Positions 44,604-53,693 of a stretch of 64,000 nt of DNA are shown here, one piece after another. A model generated the notes under the pieces. That model had not been told where the DNA came from. It saw only the letters and a list, made by a program, of their open reading frames with translations, and searched no databases. Origin of the DNA: Bryobacterales bacterium (GTDB taxonomy: Bacteria; Acidobacteriota; Terriglobia; Bryobacterales; UBA6623); NCBI GenBank assembly GCA_028819235.1, contig JAPPMC010000080.1, forward strand, positions 1,412 to 65,411. Reading direction: 5' to 3'. Position 1 is the stretch's first letter; every line of letters starts with the position of its first letter. Made by a program: the position numbers and the translations under genes.

Positions 44604-45590
44604 ATGGCCACCGGCAGCCAATTGAAGGCGCTCGTTCAGTCCTACGTCGATTGCGACGACGACGAGTTCCTGTCGATCGCCATGCAGGTCGCGGCGCACG
44701 AGGCCAAACGAGGCCACGGCAAGCTCGCGACGGAACTTCGCGCGGCGATAGATGAAGCCAAGATTCGGCGCGGTGCAGCGTCCCTCGTCTCCATCAGCCA
44801 GCCCCGTGGCGAGCTAGCCAACCTCCTCCAAGTTTCCAACCCCTCGAATCGCCTATCGGACATGGTGGTTGGACCCGTCCTCGCCAACCAACTGCAGCGC
44901 GTCATCCGAGAACAGCGATTTGCAGGCCGGATAGCGGACCACGGCCTCACTCCGCGTCGAAAACTGCTCCTCGTGGGCCCTCCCGGAACAGGAAAGACTA
45001 TGAGCGCTTCCGTACTCGCAGGCGAACTCGGCCTCCAGCTCTTGCAAGTCCGCCTTGACGGGCTGATCACCCGTTTCATGGGCGAGACCGCCGCTAAGCT
45101 ACGGCAGATCTTCGATGCAACACACCGTACACGCGGCGTCTATTTCTTCGATGAATTCGACGCTATCGGTGCGGGTAGAGGCCGCACCAATGATGTCGGC
45201 GAGATTCGGCGAGTTCTGAACAGTTTCCTCTTGATGATTGAGCAGGATCGCTCCCCCAGCCTCGTCGTTGCAGCGACCAACTACCCCGACATTTTGGATC
45301 GAGCACTTTTCCGGAGGTTCGATGATGTCCTCTACTTCGAGCTTCCGGACGCGAAGCAAGCGGCCACCCTTCTGCGAATGCTCCTGCTGTCCAACTCCGC
45401 GCGCGTTCGTTGGGGAATCCTCGGCCAAGAGGCTCTGGGGCTCAGCTATGCCGACATCACCCGTGCCGCCAACGACGTGCTTAAAGATACGATAATACAC
45501 GGTCGCACAAAATGCCGTGAGGCTGCCATTCGATCTGTACTCCGAGAACATCAGGCGTTAACTGATCGTTTGCGTAAACGGGTCGGGTGA
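44604..45590 (+). CDS. ietA: AAA+ ATPase, IetA-like
   Basis: 328 aa. Walker A GPPGTGKT (from 44976), Walker B VYFFDEFDA, sensor AATN, and LDRALFRRFD. The stop abuts the start of the S8 peptidase gene. Confidence 0.7.
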   Translation: MATGSQLKALVQSYVDCDDDEFLSIAMQVAAHEAKRGHGKLATELRAAIDEAKIRRGAASLVSISQPRGELANLLQVSNPSNRLSDMVVGPVLANQLQRVIREQRFAGRIADHGLTPRRKLLLVGPPGTGKTMSASVLAGELGLQLLQVRLDGLITRFMGETAAKLRQIFDATHRTRGVYFFDEFDAIGAGRGRTNDVGEIRRVLNSFLLMIEQDRSPSLVVAATNYPDILDRALFRRFDDVLYFELPDAKQAATLLRMLLLSNSARVRWGILGQEALGLSYADITRAANDVLKDTIIHGRTKCREAAIRSVLREHQALTDRLRKRVG

Positions 45591-48068
45591 GTGGGGACTC
45601 GGAACATGGAGACCCATCGACATTTCATTCTCGATGGCTTCACGAACGCGGAACAGTACCGGGCTCGCCCCGGTCGTGGGAGCAGCAAGGAGGTGCCAGT
45701 TCGTGACCGTCCTGCGCATGCCGCCCACCTGAGGAGCCAGTTGAGCGGTGTCCATGCTATTGCCGAAGACGCACTGGAGGAAGCCGAAGATCCAGAGGAC
45801 GGCCTTGGGCTGCATGTCGAGTTCAAGAGCTTCCCAGACATCGACTTCGCATTTGAGAGTCTGTCCCGCGAGAATCAGGGTATTGAACTCCGCAACGTCC
45901 GCCACAGCAACGGCACGACTTACGCTACAGTCTTCGTTCCGACCGGAAAGCTCGAGCACTTCGAGAATCTGATTCGGGCTTACGAAGACTTTCGCCAGGA
46001 CAGCCTAGGGCGTCCCCGTGACAACCAAAGGCTCCTCGATGCCATCGAGGCCATTCGCGCGGCTAGCGTCCGTGCGTTGTGGACGGACGACCTAGACCAG
46101 TTCCCCGCCAGCGACACTGAGCTGTTCCTTTGCGAGATCTGGCTCCCGGTCGGTGTCGGCAGCCAAGCAACCATCGATACCTTCTTGGAACGTGCAACGA
46201 ACCTTGAGATACAGGTCTCTCCTGGGCAGTTGCAATTCCCGGAACGCAGTGTGCTTCTAGCTCGCATGTCGCTATCGGCGATCAAAGGCTCCATCACGAT
46301 GCTCAACAGTATCGCCGAACTGCGCCGCGCCAAGGAAACCGCCGATTTCTTTGACTCGTTGGCATTGCCTGAGCAGTCAGAATGGCTCAATGAGCTTATC
46401 GACCGTACGACCTTCAACGGCGGTCCCAACGCTCCCTACGTATGCCTCTTGGATACAGGTGTTAACCACGCCCATCCGCTCGTCGCACGGGCTCTCAACG
46501 CGGACGACCTCCACACCGTCGAACCTAGGTGGTCCACCGAGGACGATGCCGGCCACGGCACTCAGATGGCAGGACTGGCCATCGTCGGCAACCTTACCGA
46601 CGCGCTTGCAACTGGGAGCAGAATCGAGGTTGGACACCGCTTGGAGTCCGTGAAGCTCCTTCAGAATGATGGTGCAAACGGGACGGACTCTCGCCTCCAC
46701 GGCTATCTCACAGCAGAAGCTGTATCTCGGCCCGAGATCGACCATCCGAACCGACGCCGAGTATTCAACATCGCTGTGACGGCAAAGGACAACCGGGACC
46801 GCGGTCAGCCCAGTGCATGGTCCGCGACGCTCGATCCCCTCGCTGCTGACAGTCTTGGCCAAGGTGCCAATCCGCGGTTGATTATAGTCTCCGCGGGCAA
46901 CGTGGTCGATCTTGTGGACTGGCAAAATTATCCGCACAGTAACGATTCCAACGGCATCCACGATCCCGCTCAGGCGTGGAATGTCTTGACTGTCGGGGCC
47001 TACACAACTCTCACTCAAATCACCGAACCAGACACGGATGACTACGAACCGATCGCAAGAGCCGGCGGTCTGAGCCCATTCAGTACTACGGCACTCGTCT
47101 GGCAGCGCCAATGGCCGCTGAAACCGGACATCGTTCTCGAGGGTGGGAACGCTGCAGTCGACAAGTTAAGCGCGGTGGCTATGCCGAGTCTTAGTCTACT
47201 CACCACGCACAATGAATTTCGGAATCGCCTCTTCACAACGACGAACGCTACGAGCGCGGCAACTGCTCTAGCGTCGCGCATGGCGGCGCAGGTCATTGCA
47301 ATCTATCCCGAACTCTGGCCTGAGACCGTGCGTGCATTGATTGTCCATTCCGCCGAGTGGACCGAAACGATGGAGCGGGAGTACTTGCCCCACAATCCTA
47401 GCAAGAAGGATCGCCGCAGACTCGTGCAGCGTTGTGGATACGGCGTACCTGACCTCGGCCGTGCCCTCTGGACCGTCGCCAACTCCTTAACGATGGTAGT
47501 TCAGGAGACCCTACAGCCCTTCAAGAAGGAGCCCGGGAAGAATCCCGTCACCTGTGACATGAATCTTCACAGTCTGCCTTGGCCGCGCGACAGCCTTCAG
47601 TCGCTCGGAGAGACAGAGGTCGACATGCATATTACGCTCTCGTACTTTATCGAGCCCAACCCCTCGCAACGGGGTAATTCCCGCTACCGTTACCAATCCC
47701 ACGGGTTGCGCTTCGATGTCAAACGTCCAACGGAGACGTCAAACGCCTTCCGTGCCCGCGTTAATTTCGCCCTTCAGCGCCCCAAATCGAATGCCAATAC
47801 GTCTGATCCTAATTGGCTGCTCGGGCCCACCAACCGGACCACGGGCTCAGTGCACTCCGACATCTGGCGAGGTACAGCTGCCGACCTCGCGAGTAGGGCA
47901 CAGGTCGCTGTCTTTCCCACCAAAGGTTGGTGGCACACTAGACATAAACTCGGGTGCGCCAACCGTGTTGCGCGTTACGCGTTGACCTTAAGCATCCGTG
48001 CTCCCGAGACGAGCGTCGATCTTCTGACTGAGGTGGCCAACAGGATTGAAGTAGCGGTAGAATCGTAA
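45591..48068 (+). CDS. ietS: S8 (subtilisin-like) serine peptidase with unassigned ~280-aa N-terminal region, IetS-like
   Basis: 825 aa. Triad in D-H-S order: D288 (LLDTGV, 46452), H322 (HGTQMAG, 46554), S555 (NATSAATA, 47253), plus SAGN. An alternative ATG start lies at 45606. The first 60 nt are 55% G+C by hand count. Confidence 0.75.
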   Translation: MGTRNMETHRHFILDGFTNAEQYRARPGRGSSKEVPVRDRPAHAAHLRSQLSGVHAIAEDALEEAEDPEDGLGLHVEFKSFPDIDFAFESLSRENQGIELRNVRHSNGTTYATVFVPTGKLEHFENLIRAYEDFRQDSLGRPRDNQRLLDAIEAIRAASVRALWTDDLDQFPASDTELFLCEIWLPVGVGSQATIDTFLERATNLEIQVSPGQLQFPERSVLLARMSLSAIKGSITMLNSIAELRRAKETADFFDSLALPEQSEWLNELIDRTTFNGGPNAPYVCLLDTGVNHAHPLVARALNADDLHTVEPRWSTEDDAGHGTQMAGLAIVGNLTDALATGSRIEVGHRLESVKLLQNDGANGTDSRLHGYLTAEAVSRPEIDHPNRRRVFNIAVTAKDNRDRGQPSAWSATLDPLAADSLGQGANPRLIIVSAGNVVDLVDWQNYPHSNDSNGIHDPAQAWNVLTVGAYTTLTQITEPDTDDYEPIARAGGLSPFSTTALVWQRQWPLKPDIVLEGGNAAVDKLSAVAMPSLSLLTTHNEFRNRLFTTTNATSAATALASRMAAQVIAIYPELWPETVRALIVHSAEWTETMEREYLPHNPSKKDRRRLVQRCGYGVPDLGRALWTVANSLTMVVQETLQPFKKEPGKNPVTCDMNLHSLPWPRDSLQSLGETEVDMHITLSYFIEPNPSQRGNSRYRYQSHGLRFDVKRPTETSNAFRARVNFALQRPKSNANTSDPNWLLGPTNRTTGSVHSDIWRGTAADLASRAQVAVFPTKGWWHTRHKLGCANRVARYALTLSIRAPETSVDLLTEVANRIEVAVES

Positions 48069-48172
48069 CGGTTTTTCTGACTTGAATGCCCAAGTTGAAG
48101 GAATTGTAGTATGGTGTCTGCGCCTACCACATCATTTTCGCACTTGGAACTCATATCAATAGTTCCCTTATT

Positions 48173-48194
48173 ATGGAGATCGGGGATTCTCCAT
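48173..48194. repeat. Palindrome ATGGAGA-N8-TCTCCAT downstream of the S8 peptidase gene
   Basis: Read directly from the sequence. See the 43475-43495 element. Confidence 0.35.
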
Positions 48195-48387
48195 ATGTCC
48201 GTGTCCAATGAACTTAGGCTCACGGCCCTGACCTGTGAGTCAATGGGGTTATTGATAGATGAGAATGGGCGCAGCTGGGCCGTTCGGACTCGCATCGGCT
48301 CTCGCCGTGGAGGATGGTGCCCCAAGGGAAGCAGTGCCAAGCGACTCGCCTCGCGAGCACTCGGGCTCTCGGCCAGAACCTATACTT

Positions 48388-48861
48388 ATGCCTGTGAGGC
48401 GGCACTTGCCCCTGATCCTAGTCATCGGAGGCGCGGCCGGACTGTGGGCTGGCCCGGACGGGAGCGCCCCGAAGTTCAGCGAGCGGACCGAAGAGCCCGC
48501 CGTCATGGTGGACGAGGACGAGGAATTTGCTCCGCCGCAGCAGGAGTATGCCTTCAACCCCGTCCAAGCCCGAAACGAACTAAAGGTAGGGAATTTCTAC
48601 GCGAAGAAGGGCAGCCACCGGGCTGCCGCACTGCGCTATCTCGAGGCGACCCGCTGGGACTCCGGGCTGGCCGAAGCGTTCCGCCGGTTGGGAATGGTCC
48701 GGGAGAAGCTCTCGGAGCACGAGGCGGCCGCCAGCGCCTATCGGCGCTTCCTCGAGATCGAGCCGGACGGCAAGGCGGCCCGACAGGTCCGCCAACGGCT
48801 GGCTGCCGTCGAGCGGGCTGCACGCGCACCGACCGCAAGAGCGGGCGCCGAGGGGCCGTAG
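48388..48861 (+). CDS. TPR-repeat protein with N-terminal membrane anchor/signal
   Basis: I set the start at ATG 48388 (MPVRRHLPLILVIGGAAGLW). TPR-like helices (GNFYAKKGSHRAAALRYLEA..., AEAFRRLGMVREKLSEHEAAASAYRRFLEIEP). Confidence 0.55.
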   Translation: MPVRRHLPLILVIGGAAGLWAGPDGSAPKFSERTEEPAVMVDEDEEFAPPQQEYAFNPVQARNELKVGNFYAKKGSHRAAALRYLEATRWDSGLAEAFRRLGMVREKLSEHEAAASAYRRFLEIEPDGKAARQVRQRLAAVERAARAPTARAGAEGP

Positions 48862-48888
48862 TCCTTCGCTAGGCCGGATCCGACACGC

Positions 48889-49236
48889 ATGAGAGCCCGC
48901 ACCCTGGTCGCCCGCAGCCTCCTGCACTTCCGCGCCGTCCATTGCGCCGTGGCGCTGGGCGTCGGGGTCGGGACGGCCGTGCTGGCCGGCGCACTGGTCG
49001 TGGGCTCCTCCGTGCGGGGCAGCCTGCGGAGCCTGACGCTGGACCGCCTGGGCGCCATCGACTTCGCGGCCGTGGGGGAGCGCTACTTCCTCGAGGAGGC
49101 GTCGGGGGCCTTTGAGCACCCGTTCCGGGCGGCGGCCGCCGTGCTAGTGCGCGCCAGCGCCGAGCACGCCGAAACCGGCAGCCGCGCATCACCGGTCCGC
49201 ATACACCGCGTCGACCATGCCTTATGGCAGTTATAA
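48889..49236 (+). CDS. YbbP-like FtsX-family permease, N-terminal fragment (first TM + start of periplasmic domain), ends at in-frame TAA
   Basis: N-terminus MRARTLVARSLLHF...AVALGVGVGTAVLAGALVVG is the first TM of a MacB/YbbP-type permease. The same frame continues at 49237. Confidence 0.65.
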   Translation: MRARTLVARSLLHFRAVHCAVALGVGVGTAVLAGALVVGSSVRGSLRSLTLDRLGAIDFAAVGERYFLEEASGAFEHPFRAAAAVLVRASAEHAETGSRASPVRIHRVDHALWQL

Positions 49237-49243
49237 GGCATGG
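49215..49243. repeat. Perfect inverted repeat CCATGCCTTAT-GGCAGTT-ATAAGGCATGG (11-bp stem, 7-nt loop) containing the TAA that splits the FtsX gene
   Basis: Read directly from the sequence. 13 of 29 nt are G/C, in a gene that is about 70% G+C. It uses two TTA codons, which appear rare elsewhere in the window. Confidence 0.8.
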
Positions 49244-52188
49244 ACCCCCCCGAGTTGGGCAGCCGCGATGTCCTCCTCAACCGCCGCCTCGCGGCCGAGC
49301 TAGCCGCCGTCACGGGAGAGGACGTGCTGCTGCGGTTCCAGACGGACTCCCTGATCCCAGCCGAGTCCGTGATGGGCCGCAAGGAGGACAACGTCCGCCT
49401 CCTGCGCCTGAGGATCGCGGGAGTTCTGGAGGACAGCGGCCCCGGCAGGTTCGGTCTGTCCCCGCAGCAGCAACTGCCCTACAACGCATTTCTGGGCAAG
49501 CGGACGCTGCAGCGAGCACTGGACCAAGACGGGAGGGCCAACGCTCTCTTCATCGGCGGAGGGACTCTGGAACTGGCGGCCTCCAACTGGCGCGAGACAT
49601 TCCGTGCGGCGGACGCGCGCCTGTCCGTGCGGCTGCTCCCGGACTCCGGCGAAGCCGTGGTCGAGACCGAGCGCATCGTTCTTGCCGCCGCGGAAGCGCG
49701 GGCGGTCGCGGCCGCCGCCGAGAGGGCGGCGCTGGAAGCGGGCGAAGTGCTCACCTATCTGGCGAACTCCATCGAGGCGCGCGGACGCACCGTTCCCTAC
49801 TCGACCGTCACCGCCGCGCAGTCCGCCAGCGCGGCGCTTCGGCTGACCGGCGGGGGGACGGCCCGGGATCTGGGCGACGACGAACTGCTGTTGAACGACT
49901 GGGCAGCGCGGGACCTAGGGGCGGGGCCCGGAGACCAAGTCCGGCTGACGTACTTCAAGGTGGGGGCCGGGGGCGACCTGGAAGAGGGACAGCACGAGTT
50001 CCGGCTGGCAGGGGTGGCGCAAATGGCCGGGGCCGCCGTCGATCGGAACTGGGCCCCGACCTACAAAGGAATGTCGGACAAGACGCGGATCGCCAGCTGG
50101 GACCCCCCGTTCCCTGTCGACCTCAGGCGGATCCGCCCCAAGGACGAGGAGTACTGGGACAACTACCGCGCCGCTCCCAAGACCTTCGTTTCGCTCCCGA
50201 CCGCCAAACGCCTTTGGACGAGCCGCTTCGGACAGCTGACGTCCGTGCGGCTGCGAGTCCCCGCAGGCCCGATGGCGCCCAACGATCTTGAACCGTTCCG
50301 GCAGGAACTGGACCGCCAGCTGGACCCGGCGGACTTCGGGCTCGCGCTGGAGCCTGTCAAGCAGGCGGGGCTGGACGCCTCGGCCGGCGCTACCGACTTT
50401 GCCGGACTCTTCGTGGGCTTCAGCCTATTCCTGATCGCCTCCGCCGCGATATTAGTGAGCCTGCTCTTCCGGCTGGGCGTCGAACTGCGCGCCAGAGAGA
50501 TCGGAACGCTGCTCGCCACCGGTCACACCGCCCGGTTCGTGCGCCGCCTCCTGTTTGCGGAAGGGGCGCTGCTCGCGGGTGCGGGCTGCCTGATCGGCGT
50601 GCCCGGCGCGGTCGGCTATGCGTGGGCAATGCTGTACGGCCTCAGCACCTGGTGGAGCGATGCCGTCGGCGGCTCCTTCCTCGAACTGCATCTGCAGTGG
50701 CAGGATCCCGCGACCGGGGCCCTGATCGCACTTGCCCTGATGCTCGCGTCGATCTGGCTCTCTCTCAGAAGGCTGCTGCGGCTGTCGCCACGGTCGCTGC
50801 TGGCGGGGCAAACCGGGACCGGCCGAAGCGTGGGAGCGGACGCCCGCAAGGCCCGCCGGCTGCGGTTCGCGGCCACTGCCATAGGGGCCCTTGCTTTGGC
50901 TCTCCTCGGCATGTCCGCCCAAGCCGACGCGGGCGCAAGGCTCGCGGCATTCTTCGGCGCCGGGACGCTCGGCCTAGCCTGCGCGCTAGTGCTGCTGCGG
51001 TCTGTGCTGGCCGGACGCCCGGCCGGGGACGCCACGCTCCCCGGCATCGCCACGCTCGGATTCCGTAATGGAAGCCGGAACCCGAGCCGCAGCGTGCTCA
51101 CGGCCACGCTGGTGGCCTGCGCCTCGTTCATGATCGTGACGGTCGCCATGAATCGTATCGACGTCAGCTCGCGGGAGCCCGCACTCGACTCAGGGGACGG
51201 CGGCTTCCGGTTTGTGGCAGAGGCGGACGTGCCGCTGTTCGCGGCGCAGCTGGAGGGCGCCGTCGGCGAGAGCGCTTCGCCCGTGTCGCTGCAGGCCATG
51301 CGGGTCCACGGCGGCGAGGATGCCAGCTGCCTCAACCTGTACAGGCCGTCTGAGCCGACGCTGGCCAGCGTTCCGGACTCGCTCGTCCAACGCGGAGGCT
51401 TCGCCTTTCAGGCGAGTCTCGCCGAGACCGACGCGGAGCGCGAGAATCCTTGGCTGCTGCTCGAGAGGGACTTCGCCGGGGCGATTCCCGTGTTCGGCGA
51501 CGTGAACTCAGTCATGTGGATTCTCCACCTAGGACTAGGGGATGAGCTGGAGGTCAAGGGCAGCGACAGCCAGCCGCGGCGGCTAGTTATCGCCGGTCTG
51601 CTCTCAAGGAGCATCTTCCAGTCCGAACTCGTCCTGTCGGAGCGGAACTTCCTGCGGCTCTACCCCGACCACAGCGGCTACCAGTCGCTGCTGGTCGAGA
51701 CGGAGGATCCGGCAGTGGGCGCAGCGCTGGAGGATGCCTTCGCGGACGCCGGGCTGGACGCAACTCGCACCGCGGACAGGCTGGCGGGCTTCCTGGCGGT
51801 CGAGAACACTTACCTGAGCACGTTCCAGACCGTCGGCGGGCTGGGACTGCTCCTTGGCACGCTCGGGCTGGCGGTGGTCATGGTGCGCAGCGTGCTGGAG
51901 CGCCGTGGCGAGATCGCCCTCCTGGGCGCCCTGGGCTTCCGGCGGTCCGCGGTCTCCCGGCTGGTCCTGGCGGAGAACTCGTTCCTGCTGCTGTTCGGCG
52001 TGGCGGCCGGCACGGCAGCCGCGCTGCTGGCGGTCGCGCCACATCTGGCTGGGGGATCGGCCGATCCACCGTGGCTCGGCCTAGCGCTCACGCTTGGCAC
52101 GGTGGTGGCATTGGGCCTGTTGGCGGGAGCTGCGGCGACGGCGATGGCCCTGCGGATTCCGGTCCTGGACAGCCTGCGGCGCGACTGA
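49240..52188 (+). CDS. Duplicated FtsX-family ABC-type permease (YbbP-like), main part
   Basis: 982 aa with two FtsX-type 4-TM modules and large extracytoplasmic domains. Colinear by eye with E. coli YbbP. No ATPase gene is adjacent. Confidence 0.7.
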   Translation: MDPPELGSRDVLLNRRLAAELAAVTGEDVLLRFQTDSLIPAESVMGRKEDNVRLLRLRIAGVLEDSGPGRFGLSPQQQLPYNAFLGKRTLQRALDQDGRANALFIGGGTLELAASNWRETFRAADARLSVRLLPDSGEAVVETERIVLAAAEARAVAAAAERAALEAGEVLTYLANSIEARGRTVPYSTVTAAQSASAALRLTGGGTARDLGDDELLLNDWAARDLGAGPGDQVRLTYFKVGAGGDLEEGQHEFRLAGVAQMAGAAVDRNWAPTYKGMSDKTRIASWDPPFPVDLRRIRPKDEEYWDNYRAAPKTFVSLPTAKRLWTSRFGQLTSVRLRVPAGPMAPNDLEPFRQELDRQLDPADFGLALEPVKQAGLDASAGATDFAGLFVGFSLFLIASAAILVSLLFRLGVELRAREIGTLLATGHTARFVRRLLFAEGALLAGAGCLIGVPGAVGYAWAMLYGLSTWWSDAVGGSFLELHLQWQDPATGALIALALMLASIWLSLRRLLRLSPRSLLAGQTGTGRSVGADARKARRLRFAATAIGALALALLGMSAQADAGARLAAFFGAGTLGLACALVLLRSVLAGRPAGDATLPGIATLGFRNGSRNPSRSVLTATLVACASFMIVTVAMNRIDVSSREPALDSGDGGFRFVAEADVPLFAAQLEGAVGESASPVSLQAMRVHGGEDASCLNLYRPSEPTLASVPDSLVQRGGFAFQASLAETDAERENPWLLLERDFAGAIPVFGDVNSVMWILHLGLGDELEVKGSDSQPRRLVIAGLLSRSIFQSELVLSERNFLRLYPDHSGYQSLLVETEDPAVGAALEDAFADAGLDATRTADRLAGFLAVENTYLSTFQTVGGLGLLLGTLGLAVVMVRSVLERRGEIALLGALGFRRSAVSRLVLAENSFLLLFGVAAGTAAALLAVAPHLAGGSADPPWLGLALTLGTVVALGLLAGAAATAMALRIPVLDSLRRD

Positions 52189-52198
52189 GAGCGCCCGG

Positions 52199-53674
52199 CT
52201 AGAGCTCCCTCGCAAGCTCGACGGCTCGCAGCAGGGCGCGCGCCTTGTTCATGGTCTCGTCCCACTCGCGATCCGGGACAGAGTCCGCCACGATTCCGGC
52301 TCCCACCTGAAGGTAGGCCTTGCGCCCCTGCAGCATCATCGTGCGAATGGCGATCGCCGAGGTGAGCGTGCCGGAGAAGTCTAGGTACATCACGCTCCCC
52401 GAGTACACCCCGCGCTTGGTAGGCTCCAGTTCGGCGATGATCTCCATGGCCCGCACCTTGGGCGCCCCGGAGACGGTGCCCGCGGGGAAACAGGCTTTCA
52501 GGGCGTCAAAGGCGTCGCGGTCCGAGCGAAGCGTCCCCTCGACGCCGGAGACGATGTGCATGACGTGCGAGTAGTGCTCGATGACCTCGAACTCCGGAAC
52601 GCGAACCGAGCCGTACTCGGAGACCCGCCCCACATCGTTTCGCCCGAGGTCCACCAGCATCACGTGCTCGGCGAGCTCCTTCTCGTCGGAGAGCAGGTCG
52701 GCGGCCAGCTTGCGGTCCTCGTCGGGCGTGGCGCCCCGCGGCCTCGTCCCCGCGATGGGCCGGTACTCGATGCTCCTGCCGCTGACCTTGACCAGCATCT
52801 CGGGGGAGCTTCCCAAGACGACGAAGTCCGGCAGGCGCAGGTGGAACAAATAGGGCGACGGATTGACCATGCGCAGCGCACGGTAGATGAGGAAGGGTGC
52901 GACGCCCGGCTCCATCTCCAGCCTCTGCGACAGGACCACCTGCAGGATGTCCCCCGCGAGGATGTACTCGCGGGCACGCTCGACGGCACTGCAGAACGCT
53001 TCCTTCCCCATGTTCGACCGCAACTCAAGCGAGCCGTCCGGGGCGGGGGCGCGGCCGTCCGCAACGGGGAGCGACAGTGCCGCCTCCATGGCCGCCAGCT
53101 TCTCGCAGGCGCGGGCGTAAGATGCCGATTCGTCGCAGTCGGGATCCACACGGGCATTCGCCACCAAGTACAACTGGTGCGTGAGGTGGTCGAACACCAG
53201 CACCTCGGTGAAGAACATGAAGACTGCGTCGGGCGCGCCGACGTCGTCTTGGCGGAAGGCGGGGACGCGCGGTTCCAGCAGCCGCACCACGTCGTACGCT
53301 GCATACCCGACGGCGCCCGCCGTGAAAGGGGGCAGGCCCTCGACTCGGGCCGGCCGATTGCGCGAGACCAGAGTCTTCAGCACCGAGAACACGTCCCCGC
53401 GCAGCGTGCGGTCACTTGCGCCGTCGCGCACTTCGACTGTGTCGCCGTGGGCGGTCACGGTCAGGAAAGGGTCGACCCCGATGTATGTGTAGCGCCCGAT
53501 CCGCTGGCCGCCCTCGACGCTCTCCAGCAGGAATGAGCAGCGGTTCTCGCCGTTGAGCTTCAGGTAGGCAGAGACCGGCGTCTCCAGATCGGCGGGGAGC
53601 ACCTTCCACACCGGCACCAAGTTCCCGGTCTCGGCTAGGCGCTTGAACTCTCTCAAACCTGGCTGGGCCATCAT
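52199..53674 (-). CDS. trpE: Anthranilate synthase component I
   Basis: 491 aa. Motifs LLESVEGG, GAVGYAAYD, PSPYLF and VGAGIVADS. Confidence 0.95.
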   Translation of the reverse strand: MMAQPGLREFKRLAETGNLVPVWKVLPADLETPVSAYLKLNGENRCSFLLESVEGGQRIGRYTYIGVDPFLTVTAHGDTVEVRDGASDRTLRGDVFSVLKTLVSRNRPARVEGLPPFTAGAVGYAAYDVVRLLEPRVPAFRQDDVGAPDAVFMFFTEVLVFDHLTHQLYLVANARVDPDCDESASYARACEKLAAMEAALSLPVADGRAPAPDGSLELRSNMGKEAFCSAVERAREYILAGDILQVVLSQRLEMEPGVAPFLIYRALRMVNPSPYLFHLRLPDFVVLGSSPEMLVKVSGRSIEYRPIAGTRPRGATPDEDRKLAADLLSDEKELAEHVMLVDLGRNDVGRVSEYGSVRVPEFEVIEHYSHVMHIVSGVEGTLRSDRDAFDALKACFPAGTVSGAPKVRAMEIIAELEPTKRGVYSGSVMYLDFSGTLTSAIAIRTMMLQGRKAYLQVGAGIVADSVPDREWDETMNKARALLRAVELAREL

Positions 53675-53693
53675 GCGGCGCCCTCCTGAGCGC

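Noticed and set aside
48111-48872. 253-aa ORF spanning the islet edge and the TPR gene
   Set aside because: It is off-frame relative to the TPR protein, and most of its length is Arg/Gly-rich. Only frame 1 from ATG 48388 gives a membrane anchor and TPR helices.
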